NCBI GenBank assembly: GCA_965202805.1
Contig: OZ241869.1
Span: forward strand, 96,001 to 160,000
DNA from: Longimicrobiales bacterium
GTDB taxonomy: Bacteria; Gemmatimonadota; Gemmatimonadetes; Longimicrobiales; Gaopeijiaceae
Length of the DNA stretch: 64,000 nucleotides
Direction of reading: 5' to 3'
In this document: piece by piece, positions 37,130 to 47,192 of the stretch
Layout: every line of letters begins with the position of its first letter
Numbering within the stretch: position 1 is the first letter of the stretch
The notes under the pieces: generated by a model
Told to the model about the DNA's origin: nothing
Seen by the model: only the letters and a program-made list of their open reading frames with translations
The model's database searches: none
Made by a program: the position numbers and the translations under genes

Positions 37130-37560
37130 CGGTCTTCCTCCTTCTCCTGGGCGCGGTCCAGGATCGAACGCATGCGCGCGATCTCCTCGTCGCTGAACTC
37201 CCGGTTCTCAACCAGCGTCGCCAGGAGCAGCTCCGCGGAACCATGGAAGATCTTGTTCATGACCCGCCGGAGGGCGCTGCCGCCGGCATCCGCCGATTCG
37301 ACCAGGGGGTAGTAGCGGTGCGCACGGCCTTCCTTCTCGTGCCGCACCGCGTTCTTGCCCTCGAGGATCTGCAGCATCTTGAGGACGGTGGTATAGCCGA
37401 CGTCCTTCCCGAGCACGTCCCGGACCTCCGCCACCGTCCCCGAACCTTCGCGCCAGAGGACGCTCATGATGTCCAGCTCGCGGTGGGTGAATCGATTCGG
37501 TTCCCGCGCCGGACCGGCGGACTCCCGTTGCGTTGCTTCCGATTCTCGATGTGCGTTCAT
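37126..37560 (-). CDS. BlaI/MecI/CopY family repressor
   Basis: ELDIMSVLW, YTTVLKMLQILEGK, FHGS; ATGA overlap with M56 gene; start approximate. Confidence 0.92.
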   Translation of the reverse strand: MNAHRESEATQRESAGPAREPNRFTHRELDIMSVLWREGSGTVAEVRDVLGKDVGYTTVLKMLQILEGKNAVRHEKEGRAHRYYPLVESADAGGSALRRVMNKIFHGSAELLLATLVENREFSDEEIARMRSILDRAQEKEEDR

Positions 37561-37623
37561 ATGAACCACTGATGACGTTGAAAGGGGCGTGTCCTTGCCG
37601 TCATGGATGGCTTCCGCGTATTC

Positions 37624-37734
37624 ACGATGATCTTCGTAGGGTACGGTAGGCGATGCCTGCCGAGTATGTCAACGACGATCTTCGTAGATGATCGTAACCC
37701 GTGATCCTCGATCTGTCAACGATAGGCTTCGTAG
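37624..37734 (-). promoter_or_regulatory. Tandem sigma70-type promoters with three candidate BlaI operators
   Basis: TTGACA-17-TACGAT (37719-37691) and TTGACA-18-TACCGT (37672-37643); ACGA-N6-TCGTAG boxes at 37624, 37672 and 37719. Confidence 0.7.
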
Positions 37735-37791
37735 ATCGTGGCCTACCCGGCGTGGCACGACCCTGGTTCCCGGCGCAGGCGAGCCGGAACC

Positions 37792-39126
37792 TCAGGCGCG
37801 GCGGCGGGCGGTGGCCAGCGCGAAAGCGGATGGTTGCGCGACGGGATCGACCCGCGGGGCTTCCGGCGCGCCGAATGCATGAGACGGAGCGCCGACGCGA
37901 CACGCCTCCAGCCCTCTGTTCAGATCGGCGACAAGGTCATCGGCGGACTCGATGCCTACGGAGACGCGCAGCAGGCCCTTGCCGATCCCCGCGAGCGCTT
38001 GGGCGGCGTCGTCCATGGCCGCGTGGGTCATGGTGGCCGGGTGGCAGATGAGGCTCTCGACGCCGCCGAGCGACTCGGCCAAGAGGAAGACCTCGAGCCG
38101 TGACAGGAACTTCTCCGCCGCGGGGCGCCCCCCCGCCAGCTCGAAGCTGAGCAGGCTGCCGTAGCCGCACTGCTGGCGCCGGGCGATCGCATGGCCCGGG
38201 TGGGACGGCAGGCCGGGGTGATACACTCGGGCCACCGCGGGATGGGAGGTCAGCAGCGACACCGCCGCGGCGGCGTTTTCCTCGTGCACACGGGTGCGGG
38301 CGAAGAGCGTGCGCACGCCGCGCAGCGCGAGGTAGCTGTCAAACGGGCTCTGGGCGACGCCGGTGGCGTTGGTCCACCAGGCGACCTCCTCGAAGAGTTC
38401 GTCGCTCGCCGCGATCACCGCGCCCCCCACCACGTCGCTGTGCCCGTTGATGAACTTGGTGGTCGAGTGGACGACGAGGTCGAAGCCGAAATCGATCGGG
38501 CGCTGCAGGGCAGGAGAGAGGAAGGTGTTGTCCGCGACGGCGATCGCCCCGGCCAGCCGGGCTTTCCGGGCGACGTCCGCCAGGTCGGTGATGCGCAGCA
38601 GCGGGTTGCTGGGCGTCTCGACCCAGATCATACGCGGTCCCCGCTCCAGCCCGGCCGCGAGCGAGGCCGGATCCGTGAAGTCCACGAAGCGCACGCGCAG
38701 CCGCCCCTGGCGCTCGAGGCCGACCAGCAGCCGGTGCGTGCCCCCGTAGCAGTCGTGCGGCGCCAGCACCAGGTCGTCGGCGCGCACCAGGTTGAGGACG
38801 ACGCCCACCGCGGACATTCCGGAGGAGGTCGCGACCGCCCCCGTGCCGCCCTCCAGTTGCGCCAGCGCCTCGGCGAACTGTGAGCGGGTGGGGTTGCCCG
38901 AGCGGGTGTAGTCGTAGGGCGGCGGGTCCTCGAGCGCGGCGAACCGGAAGTTGCTGGACAGGTAGAGAGGCGGCATCACGGCGCCGTATGCGGGATCCTC
39001 GGCGAGACCGGCCTGGACGGCTTTGGTCGCGGGGGCCCGGAACGCGTGCTCCCGTCGGGGCGGGAGCACGGTCGCGTCGCTGTGCTCCGGGGCGGGATGG
39101 GTCTGCCGGGTACATTGGTTGCTCAT
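37792..39126 (-). CDS. metB: Cystathionine gamma-synthase
   Basis: YTRSGNPTR, ETPSNP, PLP lysine in HSTTKFINGHSD, AESLGGVESL; under a SAM riboswitch. Confidence 0.9.
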   Translation of the reverse strand: MSNQCTRQTHPAPEHSDATVLPPRREHAFRAPATKAVQAGLAEDPAYGAVMPPLYLSSNFRFAALEDPPPYDYTRSGNPTRSQFAEALAQLEGGTGAVATSSGMSAVGVVLNLVRADDLVLAPHDCYGGTHRLLVGLERQGRLRVRFVDFTDPASLAAGLERGPRMIWVETPSNPLLRITDLADVARKARLAGAIAVADNTFLSPALQRPIDFGFDLVVHSTTKFINGHSDVVGGAVIAASDELFEEVAWWTNATGVAQSPFDSYLALRGVRTLFARTRVHEENAAAAVSLLTSHPAVARVYHPGLPSHPGHAIARRQQCGYGSLLSFELAGGRPAAEKFLSRLEVFLLAESLGGVESLICHPATMTHAAMDDAAQALAGIGKGLLRVSVGIESADDLVADLNRGLEACRVGAPSHAFGAPEAPRVDPVAQPSAFALATARRRA

Positions 39127-39129
39127 GGT

Positions 39130-40239
39130 CTATGCCTCCTGTCCGACGGAAAGCCCGAGGCTCTCCCGCAGGACGGTCTGGTATTCCGGTGCGTGAAGCA
39201 GAAAGGCGTCGTGGCCGCCGTCGGAGTGGAGCACCCGAAGGTGCGAGCGGGCGCCGGCCCGGCGGTGCATCTCCTCGACCAGCCAGAGCGGCACCGACCT
39301 GTCCTCCTCCCAGGCGATCAGCCAGGAGGGGATCGTCAGCGCCTCGGGCTTGAGGTCGCAAAGATCGATCGAGGCGCACAGCGTCAGGTAGGTTCTCGCA
39401 TCGAACCGCCCGGCGAACGCGCGTCCGCGCTTCCACAGGTAGCGGTCCACCGGGTGGACCGGCTTGCCGCTCGAAAGGTCGGCCTCGAAGGAGAAGCGCG
39501 CGTCCAGCCCCGCGTCCGTCTTGTAGGTGGTGAAGGCCAGCGCCCTCGCGATGGCTACGCCGTCGGCTTCGCGTTCGTGGTCGCGGGCGAACTCGAGGAT
39601 CGCGCGCTGTACGCTGCGCACCCCGGTCGCGAGGGGATGGGGGCGGTGGGCGGCCGCGATGGCGACGACGCCTTCCGCACGCCGGGGATACCGGATGCCC
39701 AGGGCCAGCGCGGCGTTACCCCCGTAGGAGGCTCCCACGGCCCGATGGACCCTCTGTTCGCCGAGGTGGTCCAGGACGGCCACCACCGCGTCCGCCTGGT
39801 CCCCCGGCGTGATGTGGAACTGCGTGCGGGACCCATCGCCTCCAACCGGCTCGATGGTGCCCGGGGCGCCGATGAAGTCGATGCCGAGGACGCGCCACTC
39901 GCGCGAGTCGATGGCGAGCCCCGGTCCGACGATCCTCCGCCACCATCCTTCGGAGCGATCCTCGGCGTTGGCGCACACGTGCCGGCTCGCCGAAATCCCG
40001 CCCATGGCCAGCAGCAGTGGGGCGTCCTCCGGCCCCGCGACCTCGAAGGGAACCCGGAAGCGCGCAGCCAGCCCGGGTTCGAGCTCCGGCTTCCATCCGG
40101 GGCGCATGTAGACCGCTCCGCGGCGGGCGGGCGGCAGGGCGCGGGTGCGCGGGGGCTCGCGATGATCGGGAACGTTCCCGTTGCGGGCAGGCGGGTACGG
40201 AAGCGGAAACGCTTGGGGAGGGGAGGTGGTCGGTTTCAT
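39130..40239 (-). CDS. metX: Homoserine O-acyltransferase (MetX family)
   Basis: GGISASRH, GWWRRIVGPG, GASYGG, GHDAFL. Confidence 0.85.
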   Translation of the reverse strand: MKPTTSPPQAFPLPYPPARNGNVPDHREPPRTRALPPARRGAVYMRPGWKPELEPGLAARFRVPFEVAGPEDAPLLLAMGGISASRHVCANAEDRSEGWWRRIVGPGLAIDSREWRVLGIDFIGAPGTIEPVGGDGSRTQFHITPGDQADAVVAVLDHLGEQRVHRAVGASYGGNAALALGIRYPRRAEGVVAIAAAHRPHPLATGVRSVQRAILEFARDHEREADGVAIARALAFTTYKTDAGLDARFSFEADLSSGKPVHPVDRYLWKRGRAFAGRFDARTYLTLCASIDLCDLKPEALTIPSWLIAWEEDRSVPLWLVEEMHRRAGARSHLRVLHSDGGHDAFLLHAPEYQTVLRESLGLSVGQEA

Positions 40240-40307
40240 CCTGGCTCTCCACAGGTTGGGCGCGATGCCAACCCCTGGATGCGCCGGGCGGCGAACCGAC
40301 CGAGGCA

Positions 40308-40428
40308 CTCATCTCTCGGATTCCATCACGGGAACCCGCGGGAGTTGGCACCGCTGATCGTTCTCCAGAGAAAACGATCCGGTTGCCCCGGCGTCACAGG
40401 GCCAGTCCCTCGGCCGGTCTCGATGAGT
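40308..40428 (-). ncRNA. SAM-I (S-box) riboswitch
   Basis: Minus strand CTCATCGAGA...GAGGGACTGGCCCTGTGACGCCGGGGCAACC...GGTGCCAACTCC...AGATGAG upstream of metX-metB. Confidence 0.93.
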
Positions 40429-40474
40429 TGTGTGAGAATGTGGTGCCCCATCCGGGGCTGTCAAGGGCTGCCGC

Positions 40475-41074
40475 TCAGCGGCGCGGATCCACCTCCGCGT
40501 AGACCTCCACGTTGCCCCCGCGATCCCAGGAGAGCACCTGGTAGGGTCGGGCGCCGATCCCTTCCATGCCCGGAGATCCGATCGGCATGCCGGGAACCGC
40601 GATGCCCACGACGTCCGGCCGCTCCTCCAGCAGCCGCTTGACGTGCTCGGCCGGGATGTGGCCCTCGACCACGTAGCCGTCGATCAGCGTCGTGTGGCAG
40701 GACGACATCCGGGGCGGCACGCCCGCGTCGATCTTCACCGGGATGATGTCGTTCAGGTCACGGGCATCCACCTCGAACCCGGCTTCCCGCATGTGATCGA
40801 CCCACAGGCTGCAGCACCCGCAACTGGGCGTCTTGTAGACCAGTGCCTTGGGCAGGACATCGGCGTCGGTCGCTGTGGGTGAAGCCGCCAGGGTGGCGCC
40901 CACTTCGCCGGCGGCACCCGCTGCCACTTCCCCGGACGCGTGCAGGGCGTGGACGTCATGCGATGCCGGTGCGCCATCCGACACTCGCGCGCCATCCGCG
41001 TCGCGTGGCTCGGCCGGTCCGCAGGCGACCAGGATCAGGAAAAGGAAGCCGACGCTGGGGCGAAGCTGAGTCAT
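40475..41074 (-). CDS. DUF411 / CopG-like metal-binding lipoprotein
   Basis: YKTPSCGCC, SCHT, EGHIP, AVPGMPIGSPGME. Confidence 0.88.
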   Translation of the reverse strand: MTQLRPSVGFLFLILVACGPAEPRDADGARVSDGAPASHDVHALHASGEVAAGAAGEVGATLAASPTATDADVLPKALVYKTPSCGCCSLWVDHMREAGFEVDARDLNDIIPVKIDAGVPPRMSSCHTTLIDGYVVEGHIPAEHVKRLLEERPDVVGIAVPGMPIGSPGMEGIGARPYQVLSWDRGGNVEVYAEVDPRR

Positions 41075-41110
41075 GGAAGCCTCGGAATCAGAGAGCGGGG
41101 CAGAACCGAT

Positions 41111-41332
41111 TCAGCGGAGCAGATCCGCGCGTACGTCCTTCCAATCTAGCACGAGGTCACTCGAATCGCCGAGCCGCCTCGCGCAAACGCCCGCCTCTTC
41201 AGCGTCTGCGAGCCAACCCTCCAGTGCTTCCCGGACAATGCTGCTGCGGCTACGCCGCAACGTCCGGGCAGCCGCATCCAGCCTCGCGGAGAGCTCGTCA
41301 GGTACACGCGCCGCAATACGATGCATGAGCAT
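41111..41332 (-). CDS. Ribbon-helix-helix antitoxin-like protein (orphan)
   Basis: GGAGG RBS; IAARVPDELSARLDAAARTLRRSRSSIVREALE. Confidence 0.75.
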   Translation of the reverse strand: MLMHRIAARVPDELSARLDAAARTLRRSRSSIVREALEGWLADAEEAGVCARRLGDSSDLVLDWKDVRADLLR

Positions 41333-41352
41333 TCCTCCCGTGCGCTTGAGCT

Positions 41353-42630
41353 TCACCCCTCGATCGCCAGGTTCACGATTTCGCGGAAGCGCGCGACCGG
41401 ATCGCGGCCCCGCGGGGTCTGTGTGAACACCAGCACGATCAGGTTCTTCGACGGATCCACCCAGGCGCCGGTGCCGTCGGAGCCGGTGTGTGAGTACACG
41501 CCATCCTCCGAAACCGACCATCCGTACCCGTAGTAGCGCGCCGGGCCCCCGGAACCGGGGTTGGTCCGGATCTTCGGCGAGGTCATCAGCTCCACGGTCT
41601 CCTCGGAGATGATCCGCTGCCCGTCGTAGATCCCCCCGTTCAGGAACATCTGGCAGAAGATCACGTAGTCGTCGGCGGTCGAGATCATGCCGCCGGACGC
41701 GCGCACGAAGGGGACCTGGGGCGGATCGCCGGGAGTCCATCCGGGCATCCAGCCGCCCCCGCCGTCGCGCTCGTAGTAGACGACGCCCATCCGGTCCAGC
41801 TTGCCGTCCATCTTCTCCGCGACCTCGTGATGGTAGCTGTCGTGCATGCCGAGGGGCGTGTAGATCTCCTGGTCGAGGTACTCCTCGAGCGGCATCCCCG
41901 ACCCGATCTCCACCAGCGCGCCCAGGGTGTTGTAGCCCGGGTTGTTGTAGCTGTAGGTGGTGCCGGGAATCGCCTCCGCGCCCACGCCGCCGAAGCGGGC
42001 CGCTTCCAGCTGCAGGGTCGGAGCGCCTGGATGCTCGGCGGACGGCTCCATGTAGGGCTGCAGGAAGAGCGTCGGGATGCGGAGCCCGCTCGCGTGCGAC
42101 AGCAGATGGCCGATGTTGATGAAGCCGGCGCGATAGTTGTCCCAGGACGGCATGTGTTCGCGCACCAGGTCGTCCCAGGCCAGCTTCCCGTCCTCCGCCA
42201 GCATCGCGATGGCCGTGGCCACCGGGGGCTTGGTATTGGAGGCCATGCGGAACATGGTGCCCGGCTCCATGGGGATGCCGCGCGCCTTGTCCCGCCACCC
42301 CAGCGCCTCGTGCAGCACGACCTTGCCGTCCTTCGCCACGAGCAGCACCGCGCCGACGAGGTCGCCACGCTCGATGGCCTCCTCGTAGAGCGCCACGCCG
42401 CCGGCGAGAACGCCCTCGGACATGCCCGCGTCCGCCGGCGCCGCGCGTGTGACGACGGTTCCCTGGGCGGCGACGGGGATGGCCGGCGCGAGAATGGAGG
42501 CGAGGATCAGGGCAGCGCCGAGAAGGGTGGCGGAGCGGCTCGCGCTGGACCTACGGACGTCGGGGGGAGGCGTTGCGGAGGATTGGTCGCGGGAGAGTTC
42601 GCGGCGCAGGTGTGTGTGGGAACGCGTCAT
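41353..42630 (-). CDS. Serine hydrolase (beta-lactamase family)
   Basis: ASNTK, YSYNN, HTGS. Confidence 0.88.
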   Translation of the reverse strand: MTRSHTHLRRELSRDQSSATPPPDVRRSSASRSATLLGAALILASILAPAIPVAAQGTVVTRAAPADAGMSEGVLAGGVALYEEAIERGDLVGAVLLVAKDGKVVLHEALGWRDKARGIPMEPGTMFRMASNTKPPVATAIAMLAEDGKLAWDDLVREHMPSWDNYRAGFINIGHLLSHASGLRIPTLFLQPYMEPSAEHPGAPTLQLEAARFGGVGAEAIPGTTYSYNNPGYNTLGALVEIGSGMPLEEYLDQEIYTPLGMHDSYHHEVAEKMDGKLDRMGVVYYERDGGGGWMPGWTPGDPPQVPFVRASGGMISTADDYVIFCQMFLNGGIYDGQRIISEETVELMTSPKIRTNPGSGGPARYYGYGWSVSEDGVYSHTGSDGTGAWVDPSKNLIVLVFTQTPRGRDPVARFREIVNLAIEG

Positions 42631-43910
42631 GGCGAGGAGCCTCCTGTCGTCAGAACCAGGTACTTCAGCGCGAACGAGCCGATCCAGTGGGATCCGGCGT
42701 AGTCGGCGTCGAACATGGTGTCGTAGCCGGTGCGGGCGTGATCGGTCGCCAGCGCCCGGAGCTGTGGGGCTCGCGGGTCACCGCCGGGAAGCGCCGCCGC
42801 AATGCGCAGCATCGCATCCGCGCGGGTAAACGCGAGCCCGATGAGGTGGGAATAGGTGCCGTACGCGGACCGCAGCGAGTCGTTGGTGACCACATCGCCG
42901 CCCTCGGGGGGCTCGTCCTCCCCCGCGCCCGCCGGATTGGTCTCGCGCAGCGGCTCGAACTGGTCGGAGTCGAGCGGAGGAAGAAAGCCGTCGAGCCACG
43001 CGGCGTAGGGCTCCGGGTCCAGCACCATGCCCATGAGCGCAGCCTCCTCCAGGCAGGGCGAGAGGAAGTCGGAGCGGCCGGGCTCGTAGGCGACCGGGCA
43101 GTTGCGGTCCTCACCGAAGAAGCGCTCGGCGGACATGCGCAGGGTTTCTGCCAGTTCGGGGCGTTCCGCCATCTCCTCCGCCTGCAGGGCTGTAACGATG
43201 GCAAAGGCGGTGTTGGGGTGGACGCCGGTGCGCACCGGTCGTTCCAGCTCCTCGAGATAGTCGATGAGGCGGTCGCTCAGGTGGCTGACCACGGGTTCGA
43301 GGCGCTCGGCCCACCTGGCGGCGAAGGGATCGTCCCACGACGCCAGCTCCCCGTGCAGCAGCAGGAGCCAGACCCAGCCGTAGGGCCGCTCGAAGGACGG
43401 GTTGTCCGAGAGATACTCGAGTTCGCCGGCGAGGGCTTCCTCGGAGAGATGGTCCCGCAACTTCTCGCGGATGAGCGGCGCCACGGGCAGTTCCGGCATC
43501 TCCTTCACCAGCCGCACCATGGCCCATGTCGAGTTCACCGCCGAGTGCCAGTCCCAGCAGCCGTAGAAAGCGCGGCTCTGGTCGAAGTCGCGGCGCCGCG
43601 AGTAGCTGATGTCGTCCAGGTAGCCGGCCCGGTCCGGTCGCAGCGCGTGGGGCCGATCCACGCAGGAGAGGGGCATCGCGGCGAGGGACAGCGCGGTCTC
43701 CAGGTCGAGCATCGGACCGGAGTCGGGGCCGGTGGAGCTCGGGGCCGACGCCGCGGCCGGGGCATCGGGGTCTTCCACGGGCTGGTCCGGAGCATCGGTC
43801 GCACACGCCGCGACAAGGACGGCCGCCGCGGGGGCGAGAGCGGACCGTACTGCGTGGTGGAACCGGAGGCAGGGGCGGGGCGGGGCCGCGTCGTTCTGTG
43901 TGTCGCTCAT
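42627..43910 (-). CDS. DUF2891 family lipoprotein
   Basis: FYGCWDWHSAV, FERPYGWVW, RTGVHPNTAF, YEPGRSDFLSP, YAGSHW. Confidence 0.85.
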   Translation of the reverse strand: MSDTQNDAAPPRPCLRFHHAVRSALAPAAAVLVAACATDAPDQPVEDPDAPAAASAPSSTGPDSGPMLDLETALSLAAMPLSCVDRPHALRPDRAGYLDDISYSRRRDFDQSRAFYGCWDWHSAVNSTWAMVRLVKEMPELPVAPLIREKLRDHLSEEALAGELEYLSDNPSFERPYGWVWLLLLHGELASWDDPFAARWAERLEPVVSHLSDRLIDYLEELERPVRTGVHPNTAFAIVTALQAEEMAERPELAETLRMSAERFFGEDRNCPVAYEPGRSDFLSPCLEEAALMGMVLDPEPYAAWLDGFLPPLDSDQFEPLRETNPAGAGEDEPPEGGDVVTNDSLRSAYGTYSHLIGLAFTRADAMLRIAAALPGGDPRAPQLRALATDHARTGYDTMFDADYAGSHWIGSFALKYLVLTTGGSSP

Positions 43911-44073
43911 CGATGCAATGTCCTGACAGGTGTGCCTGCGACCGGGCGTCGAACCGGGCGCCGAGCGTGCCTGGATGCCGCCGCCAGCTTCAGCCGCCGG
44001 TGCATTCCATGCGGTTAGCATTCAAGACCACCTGTCGACGGTCAAGTTGGCCGTTCCGCCCCCCTTTCCGGGC

Positions 44074-44114
44074 TTGACATGGGCGGTCTCGCGCCTGCAT
44101 GGTAAGGAATCCTT
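44074..44114 (+). promoter_or_regulatory. Candidate promoter/operator of the AbrB-PIN pair
   Basis: TTGACA at 44074; palindrome AAGGA-A-TCCTT at 44104-44114. Confidence 0.45.
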
Positions 44115-44151
44115 GTATCCCGGCATCATGGGACCAATGGGAGAAGGAACC

Positions 44152-44376
44152 ATGCTCGCAAAGCTCACGTCAAAGAATCAGCTTACCCTTCCCAAGGCCG
44201 TCATCTCCACCTTTCCGGACACGGAGTACTTCGATGTCACACGGGAGCGCGGTCGCATCATCCTGACGCCCGTGCGGCTTACGAGGGCCCATGCGGTTCG
44301 CGCCAAACTTGCGGAACTCGGTCTTTCCGAGGCGGATGTCGACCGGGCCGTGGTTTGGGCGCGCCGAGGTGAATGA
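44152..44376 (+). CDS. AbrB/MazE family antitoxin
   Basis: MLAKLTSKNQLTLPK...IILTPV. Confidence 0.88.
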   Translation: MLAKLTSKNQLTLPKAVISTFPDTEYFDVTRERGRIILTPVRLTRAHAVRAKLAELGLSEADVDRAVVWARRGE

Positions 44377-44798
44377 GGCCGCTACGGACGGTTCTCGACA
44401 CCAATGTTCTCGTTTCGGCGTTGCTCTTTCCCGAGGGGAGCGCGAGTTGGCTGCGCCGGATGTGGCGATCCGGGGCCGTCGTGCCTCTGGTCAGCCGCGA
44501 AACGGCATCGGAGCTCGTCAGGGTACTCGGATACCCGAAGTTCAGCCTGACGCGAGATGAACGAGAGGATCTTCTCGCGGACTACCTTCCCTATTGTGAG
44601 CCGGTGGTGGTGGAGGAACCTCTGCCGCTTCCCGATTGCCGGGATCCCTTCGACCGGCCGTTCCTCGCCCTGGCGATCTCGGGCCAGGCCGATGCGCTCG
44701 CGACCGGTGACGCGGATCTGCTGGCGCTGGCGCCCGACTTTGCGGTTCCGATCATGACCCCGAGCGCGCTGAAGGAGCGTCTCTCCCGGAGAAGGTAG
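44373..44798 (+). CDS. PIN-family toxin
   Basis: VLDTNVLVSALL, CRDPFD, LATGDADLL; ATGA overlap. Confidence 0.9.
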   Translation: MRPLRTVLDTNVLVSALLFPEGSASWLRRMWRSGAVVPLVSRETASELVRVLGYPKFSLTRDEREDLLADYLPYCEPVVVEEPLPLPDCRDPFDRPFLALAISGQADALATGDADLLALAPDFAVPIMTPSALKERLSRRR

Positions 44799-44973
44799 GT
44801 TGCGCGGCAGTTGCGTGGTCGGCGCCCTGGAGACCGAAACGTGGACCGGCCGGTTGGCAGGCCTTCTGCGGAGCGGGGGGGCCGTCGAGCGGACGCCCGC
44901 TCGTTCGTCTTGGTGGACTCCGGGGCGCGCGCCGTTCACATTGCACGGAAGTCCATCGCACCCGGAGGATCTC

Positions 44974-47106
44974 ATGATTCCGCGTCCCGTGTCCGTCCTG
45001 CGCCGCCTCGCCTTCGCCGCAGCGTCCCTGCCGCTCCTCGCCTTCGGTCTCGCGGGCGTACAGCCATTGACCACCGGGCTGGCCGCCCAGGAGCGGAGGC
45101 CCGTCGAACTCGAGGACTACTACCGGCTCAAGAACGCGAACAGCCCGGCCATCTCGCCCGACGGGTCGCGGGTCGCGTTCGTCATCACGTCGGTCCTCGA
45201 AGAGGAGAACCGGAGCCACAGCGGGATCTGGCTCGCGGACGCCGCGGGAGCCGGCGAGCCGGTGCGGCTTACCAGCCCGAGCTTCAGCGCCTCCGGGCCC
45301 GGCTGGTCACCGGACGGGCGCCTGCTCGTCTTCACCTCGAACCGCCCGGGTCCCGATGGCGAGAGCGGCGGCAGCACCTGGTTCCTGCGCATGGACCAGC
45401 CCGCGGGCGAGGCCTTCCGGATCGAGGGGCTGAGCGGGTCGCCGGTGTTCAGCCCGGACGGCGATTGGATCGCGTTCACCCGGCCCACTCCGCCCGATCC
45501 GGGCCCCGAGCCCGAATACGCCTCCGACTTCGAGCGCCGCACGGTCGAGCGCTTTGACGGGCGCACCTACGACTGGATGAACTACCGCTTCGACCGCCGC
45601 GGCTACCTGGACGATCCCCGCGACCCCGCCGCCACCCCCCCGCGGGAGGTGTACCTGCTGCCGGCCACCGGAGGTGAACCCCGCCGCCTGACCGACCTGA
45701 ACGTGGACGCCTCCGGGCTGGCCTGGAGCCCCGACGGCAGCCGCCTCGCCTTCACCGCCGACGCGCACCAGCGCGACGAGCTCAGCTACGAGCGCGCGGA
45801 CCTCTGGACCGTCGACCTGGACGGCGCCGTCACCCGCCTCACCGACGACGAATACAACTACTCATCGCCCGCCTGGTCGGCAGACGGCGGGCGCATCGTG
45901 GTCCGCGGCAACGAGGGGCTGGACGTGATCATCCGGGAGGGACGTGACCGCGGGGCGGCCAACGACCTCTTCGCCTTCGACCCCGACGGCGGTGGCCGGA
46001 GCAACCTGACCGCCGACTGGGACCTGATCCCCGGCGGGCCCGTCACGTCCCCCGACGGGCGTGTCTACTTCTCAGCCGGCGTCAGCGGCAACACCCACCT
46101 CTTCCGCGTGCCCGTGGACGGTGGCGCGGTCGAACAGGTCACCGGGGGCGACCGCCGGCTGGCGGGCTTCTCCTTCTCGGCGGACTTCTCGCGCATGGCC
46201 TACCGCGCCACCGCCCCCACCCAGCCCGGCGACATCCATGTCGCGCCGCTCTCGGGCGGCACCGAGACCCGGCTGAGCGAGGTGAACGCGGCGCTGCTGG
46301 CCGAACTCGACCTCTCCGAACCCGAGAACCTCATCTTCCACAGCCCCGACGGAACCGAGGTCGAAGGCTGGATGCTGCCCGCGCGCGGCTACGGGGCGGG
46401 GAGCGGGGACTTCCCCATGATCCTCCAGATGCACGGTGGGCCGCACGGCATGTACGGCAACGACTTCTCCTTCGACCGGCAGCTGCTGGCCGGGCAGGGC
46501 TACATGGTCCTCTACACCAACCCGCGCGCCTCGACCGGCTACGGGGAGGATTTCCGCTGGGGCACGTGGGGCGGATGGGGCTTCAACGACTACGACGACC
46601 TCATGGCCGGCGTCGACCACGCCCTCGAAAGCTACCGCATCGACACCGGGCGCATGGGCGTGACCGGGTACTCCTACGGCGGCTACCTGACCAACTGGGT
46701 CATCACCCGGACCGACCGGTTCGCGGCCGCCATCGCCGGGGCCTCCATCTCCAACTGGGTGAGCGACTACGGCGTCGCCGACATCCCCCGCACCAAGGAG
46801 AGCGAGTTCTACGGGCCCCCCTGGGAGGAGCGCGGGCTCGAGAACCTGCTGCGCTCCTCGCCCATCATCCACGCCGACGGGGTCACCACACCGACCCTCT
46901 TCGTGCACGGAGAGTCCGACCATCGGGTTCCCATCGAAGAGGCCGAGCAGATGTACGTCGCCCTGCACAAGCAGGGGGTCCCGGCGAAGTTCGTGCGCTA
47001 TCCCGATTCCTACCACGGCGGCTGGACGCCCTGGCGCATGGTGCACCGCACATGGGTGCAACTCGAATGGTGGGAGCAGTGGCTGAACGCGCGGCCGGCG
47101 ATGTAG
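44974..47106 (+). CDS. S9 family peptidase
   Basis: MHGGP, GYSYGG, DHRVP, SYHG. Confidence 0.92.
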   Translation: MIPRPVSVLRRLAFAAASLPLLAFGLAGVQPLTTGLAAQERRPVELEDYYRLKNANSPAISPDGSRVAFVITSVLEEENRSHSGIWLADAAGAGEPVRLTSPSFSASGPGWSPDGRLLVFTSNRPGPDGESGGSTWFLRMDQPAGEAFRIEGLSGSPVFSPDGDWIAFTRPTPPDPGPEPEYASDFERRTVERFDGRTYDWMNYRFDRRGYLDDPRDPAATPPREVYLLPATGGEPRRLTDLNVDASGLAWSPDGSRLAFTADAHQRDELSYERADLWTVDLDGAVTRLTDDEYNYSSPAWSADGGRIVVRGNEGLDVIIREGRDRGAANDLFAFDPDGGGRSNLTADWDLIPGGPVTSPDGRVYFSAGVSGNTHLFRVPVDGGAVEQVTGGDRRLAGFSFSADFSRMAYRATAPTQPGDIHVAPLSGGTETRLSEVNAALLAELDLSEPENLIFHSPDGTEVEGWMLPARGYGAGSGDFPMILQMHGGPHGMYGNDFSFDRQLLAGQGYMVLYTNPRASTGYGEDFRWGTWGGWGFNDYDDLMAGVDHALESYRIDTGRMGVTGYSYGGYLTNWVITRTDRFAAAIAGASISNWVSDYGVADIPRTKESEFYGPPWEERGLENLLRSSPIIHADGVTTPTLFVHGESDHRVPIEEAEQMYVALHKQGVPAKFVRYPDSYHGGWTPWRMVHRTWVQLEWWEQWLNARPAM

Positions 47107-47113
47107 CGCTCCG

Positions 47114-47133
47114 CCGGCCCGGGCCGGGGTTTT
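47114..47133 (+). terminator. Possible intrinsic terminator
   Basis: CCGGC-CCGG-GCCGG hairpin then GGTTTT. Confidence 0.3.
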
Positions 47134-47192
47134 GCCGCTCGCCCGCAAACCGGTAGATTCCCGCCCCGGAGTTTGCGCAACAAGGACCGTCC

